Sequence record: SRR31156797_764
DNA length: 33,827 nt
Direction: 5' to 3' (one strand)
Notes under the pieces: generated by a model
Told to the model about the DNA's origin: nothing
Database searches by the model: none
What the model saw: the letters and a program-made list of their open reading frames with translations, nothing else
Part shown: positions 31,047 to 33,827 of the stretch, piece after piece
Position numbering within the stretch: position 1 is the first letter of the stretch
How the letters are laid out: every line of letters begins with the position of its first letter
Made by a program: the position numbers and the translations under genes

Positions 31047-33827
31047 TCATGCATAAACACTCACACCACTGCCACTATAATTACTATAGATATGCTGATA
31101 TACACTCACAGTCTTCTGACTAACCTCTTCATCAGTGTAGCTTTCCTGTGGTAGCCATAGGAGACGGTTATAAATCATGCCTATTATTTGGGCGGTGATT
31201 TGGCGACTTTCTCGCCAGCGTTCTATTTTTAATTTTTCGGTTTTTAGTTCGTCGAGTGTTTGCTTGGCGACTTTTTTGACTTCTTTAATGTCTTTGTCAG
31301 AGAGAGATTTTCCTTCAATTAGTAGGTCGAAGATGGCCAATGCTTCCTGGTTATCCAACTTTTCACGGATAGCACGTTGTTCTTCGAAGGAAAGATCTTG
31401 AATAAAGTCGTTTAGATCGTTGAAGGCTTTATAGGTGTCTTCAAAGTTTTTGCCTTTGTTATATTCGTCAATTATTTTTTTGTAGCGATCGTAGAATTGT
31501 AGTCTAAGAGGATTCTCCTTAAGCATTTGTTCCAGCTTTTGCTCGATGGCTTGCTGCATATCATATACCAGGGTGTTTTTTCGTTTTATTTTAGCAAAGG
31601 CAGCCCTTAGTTTTTCAAAATCGAAATGACTTAAATCGATATACACATCTTTTCTATCTTCTGCTAAATCGGGATTTAATACCACATCATCTTTTAGCTT
31701 TACACTATCGCTTACAATGGATTGAAGTTCCATCATAATCTCGGTTACATCCGCTGTTTTGGTATTTTGGTTTAACAGGCCATAGATAGCATCAATAGCA
31801 TTGTACTTCTTAATAAATGGTTTTATCTCATCTTCGGGGTATAATGCTTTATATTTGCGGAATACATTACGAGCCATTATTTCAAACGTGGTACGGGTAG
31901 TTTCATTCAGACAAATGCAATCGGCAGCATCTTTTAGTTTGCCAATTTTTTGCATGGGTTTGGCATTCATTAGGTCGGATAAGTTAAAATTGAGTGATTT
32001 TAAATAATCTACCACTTCATGAATAGCCGACTTTAGTTCTTTGGCCAATTCTGCCAGTTGTTCTACCGGTTTACCGCTTCCCTTTTTACTTCCCTTGCCT
32101 TTAGAACCTTCACCGTATATAGAATAGGCATGTTCTAATTGCTTGTATACATTTCCGTAATCTACAATTAATCCATTTTCCTTTTCATCATCATAAACAC
32201 GATTAGCACGGGCGATGGTTTGCATCAATGTATGACCTTTAATGGGTTTGTCCAGATAGACTGTTGAAACACATTGCGCATCAAATCCGGTAATCCACAT
32301 GGCACATACTATGGCTAAACGGAATGGATTATCAGCGTTCTTGAATTCCTTTTCCAAATTGCGCTCCACCATCTTTTTACGGTGTGTTTCTATATCCAGT
32401 CCCATTTTACGGAACTTATCTACCTCGTTTTGCTCGTTGCTTACAATAACGCAGACTTCTGTTTCAGTCACATTTTTGTATTTGCGTTGCAATTCCTGCG
32501 CCTGCATCTGGTCGTCTGCTTTGTCTATTTTACCCTTCAATTCATCCAGGTACAAAGGCCAGTATTTCATCACCAGTTGGTGCATACGAACCGCTGTAGG
32601 TTTATCCAGGGCAACAAACATGGCCTTACCCTGGTAACCACGCTCGTTAAAGTGCCAAACCAAATCTTTGGCAATGGCATCTAATCGTGGTTCTGCCGTT
32701 AATATGGGGTAGTTTTTCTGAAACAAGTAAGCCAGCTTTTTCTTTTGGTCTTCATCCAGGTTTTCGTTCTCCAATACTTCGGCCATACGATCGTCCAATT
32801 CAGGATTATCGATATCCAGCTTTTCGCCCTTGTTTAAATAGCGGAGTGGGAGTGTGGCTTCATCTTCAATAGCTCTTTTAAAATCATATACAGAAACATA
32901 CTCACCAAAAATATTTCGGGTTAGTTCTTCTTCATCTTTTATAATTGGCGTTCCCGTAAAGCCAAGATAAGATGCATTAGGTAAGCCATGGAAACGCATA
33001 TTTCTAGCGTAGGTTCCGCCTTGTGTTCGGTGTGCTTCGTCAGAGATAACAATAATATTTTTGCGATCGGTAATTAATGGGTATTCCGATTCTACTTCGG
33101 GATTAATGGAAAACTTATGGATAAGCGTAAATATATAGCGATGGTTTTCTGCCAAAAGCTGTCTTAAATGCTCCCGACCAGTACAGCCTTTCTTTTTTCC
33201 GGCTATAATGTTTTTGTTACTGACAACACCCACTCCTGAGAAGGTATCGTATATTTGGTTTTCCAGTTCACTGCGATCAACAGCTATTAAAAAGGTGTAT
33301 GAACCGCCCAGCTTTCGATGTATCTTTTCGCATAAAAATACCATGGAGTATGACTTACCACTACCTTGTGTATGCCAGAATACACCCAGCTTACCTTTTA
33401 AATCTTCTATATTTTTAATGTTTTCCAGTACTTTGTTAACCCCAATGTATTGGTGGTTTTTGGCCATCAGTTTAACCACATCACCACTCGAATCATCAAA
33501 CAATAAAAAGTTCTCGAATATGTCCATTAATCGCTTGGGAGCACAAGTTCCCCTGAGCATGGTGTCCAGACTTACGATTCCTTCTTCATCTTCTTCAATA
33601 CGCTTCCAATCTAAAAAGAATTTATACGGACTCGTAACTGTTCCAACTTTGGCATCGGTTCCGTTGCTTAAGATGATAAAGGCATTGGTATGTAACAGGT
33701 GTGGTATGGTGTCTTTATAATCCTTCAGATTATCCGTATAAGCATTGCGTAAATCGGTATGGTGGGCTTTTAATTCAAAAAACACCAAAGGAATACCATT
33801 TACAAAACCAACTACATCGGGGCGGCG
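31047..33827 (-). CDS. hsdR: Type I restriction-modification endonuclease subunit R (5' end beyond the window)
   Basis: Frame open to the window edge with nuclease motif RRPDVVGFVNGIPLVFFELK; Walker A WHTQGSGKS; VDRSELENQ; ISDEAHRTQ; GFTGTP; MWITGFDA; MQTIARANR. Confidence 0.97.
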   Translation of the reverse strand, partial: RRPDVVGFVNGIPLVFFELKAHHTDLRNAYTDNLKDYKDTIPHLLHTNAFIILSNGTDAKVGTVTSPYKFFLDWKRIEEDEEGIVSLDTMLRGTCAPKRLMDIFENFLLFDDSSGDVVKLMAKNHQYIGVNKVLENIKNIEDLKGKLGVFWHTQGSGKSYSMVFLCEKIHRKLGGSYTFLIAVDRSELENQIYDTFSGVGVVSNKNIIAGKKKGCTGREHLRQLLAENHRYIFTLIHKFSINPEVESEYPLITDRKNIIVISDEAHRTQGGTYARNMRFHGLPNASYLGFTGTPIIKDEEELTRNIFGEYVSVYDFKRAIEDEATLPLRYLNKGEKLDIDNPELDDRMAEVLENENLDEDQKKKLAYLFQKNYPILTAEPRLDAIAKDLVWHFNERGYQGKAMFVALDKPTAVRMHQLVMKYWPLYLDELKGKIDKADDQMQAQELQRKYKNVTETEVCVIVSNEQNEVDKFRKMGLDIETHRKKMVERNLEKEFKNADNPFRLAIVCAMWITGFDAQCVSTVYLDKPIKGHTLMQTIARANRVYDDEKENGLIVDYGNVYKQLEHAYSIYGEGSKGKGSKKGSGKPVEQLAELAKELKSAIHEVVDYLKSLNFNLSDLMNAKPMQKIGKLKDAADCICLNETTRTTFEIMARNVFRKYKALYPEDEIKPFIKKYNAIDAIYGLLNQNTKTADVTEIMMELQSIVSDSVKLKDDVVLNPDLAEDRKDVYIDLSHFDFEKLRAAFAKIKRKNTLVYDMQQAIEQKLEQMLKENPLRLQFYDRYKKIIDEYNKGKNFEDTYKAFNDLNDFIQDLSFEEQRAIREKLDNQEALAIFDLLIEGKSLSDKDIKEVKKVAKQTLDELKTEKLKIERWRESRQITAQIIGMIYNRLLWLPQESYTDEEVSQKTVSVYQHIYSNYSGSGVSVYA

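Noticed and set aside
1587-33720. Many 60-170 aa ORFs antisense to or out of frame within long genes (e.g. 14441-14761, 22723-23049, 32299-32637, 33208-33720)
   Set aside because: They lie within well-supported CDSs and show no recognisable motifs; treated as shadow ORFs.
1-33827. tRNA, rRNA, IS elements, integrase, CRISPR
   Set aside because: None recognisable; intergenic gaps are short and no transposase or recombinase motifs appear in the ORFs.

Overview
Window from an AT-rich Bacteroidota genome (SusC/SusD pair, TAnnTTTG promoter boxes, Gln-first signal peptides) with two distinct halves. 1-16987 (+ strand) is a beta-mannan/galactoglucomannan polysaccharide utilisation locus: partial GH2 beta-mannosidase, SusC, SusD, two IPT/TIG surface glycan-binding lipoproteins, GH26 mannanase, AGE-family mannobiose/cellobiose 2-epimerase, CE6-like SGNH esterase, GH27 alpha-galactosidase and GH9. 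16996-33827 is a stress/defence-type accessory region: a dnaE2-dinB mutagenesis cassette divergent from an XRE-S24 (non-canonical LexA-like) repressor with a perfect palindromic operator candidate; a tripartite HipBST-type toxin-antitoxin locus with three 40-bp-phased operator candidates; a WYL-family C-terminal-only ORF; a trypsin-like protease fused to a DRGH non-specific nuclease; two decayed convergent gene fragments; a very AT-rich minus-strand operon of envelope proteins I cannot assign to a known system (866-aa exported protein with a beta-rich tail, Ig-like lipoprotein, membrane protein with a GspG-pseudopilin-like head, truncated extensin-like gene); and most of a type I restriction hsdR. 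The best candidates for new biology are the envelope operon (26655-30693) and the protease-nuclease fusion with its upstream regulatory region. All family assignments are by-eye motif recognition; no searches were run.
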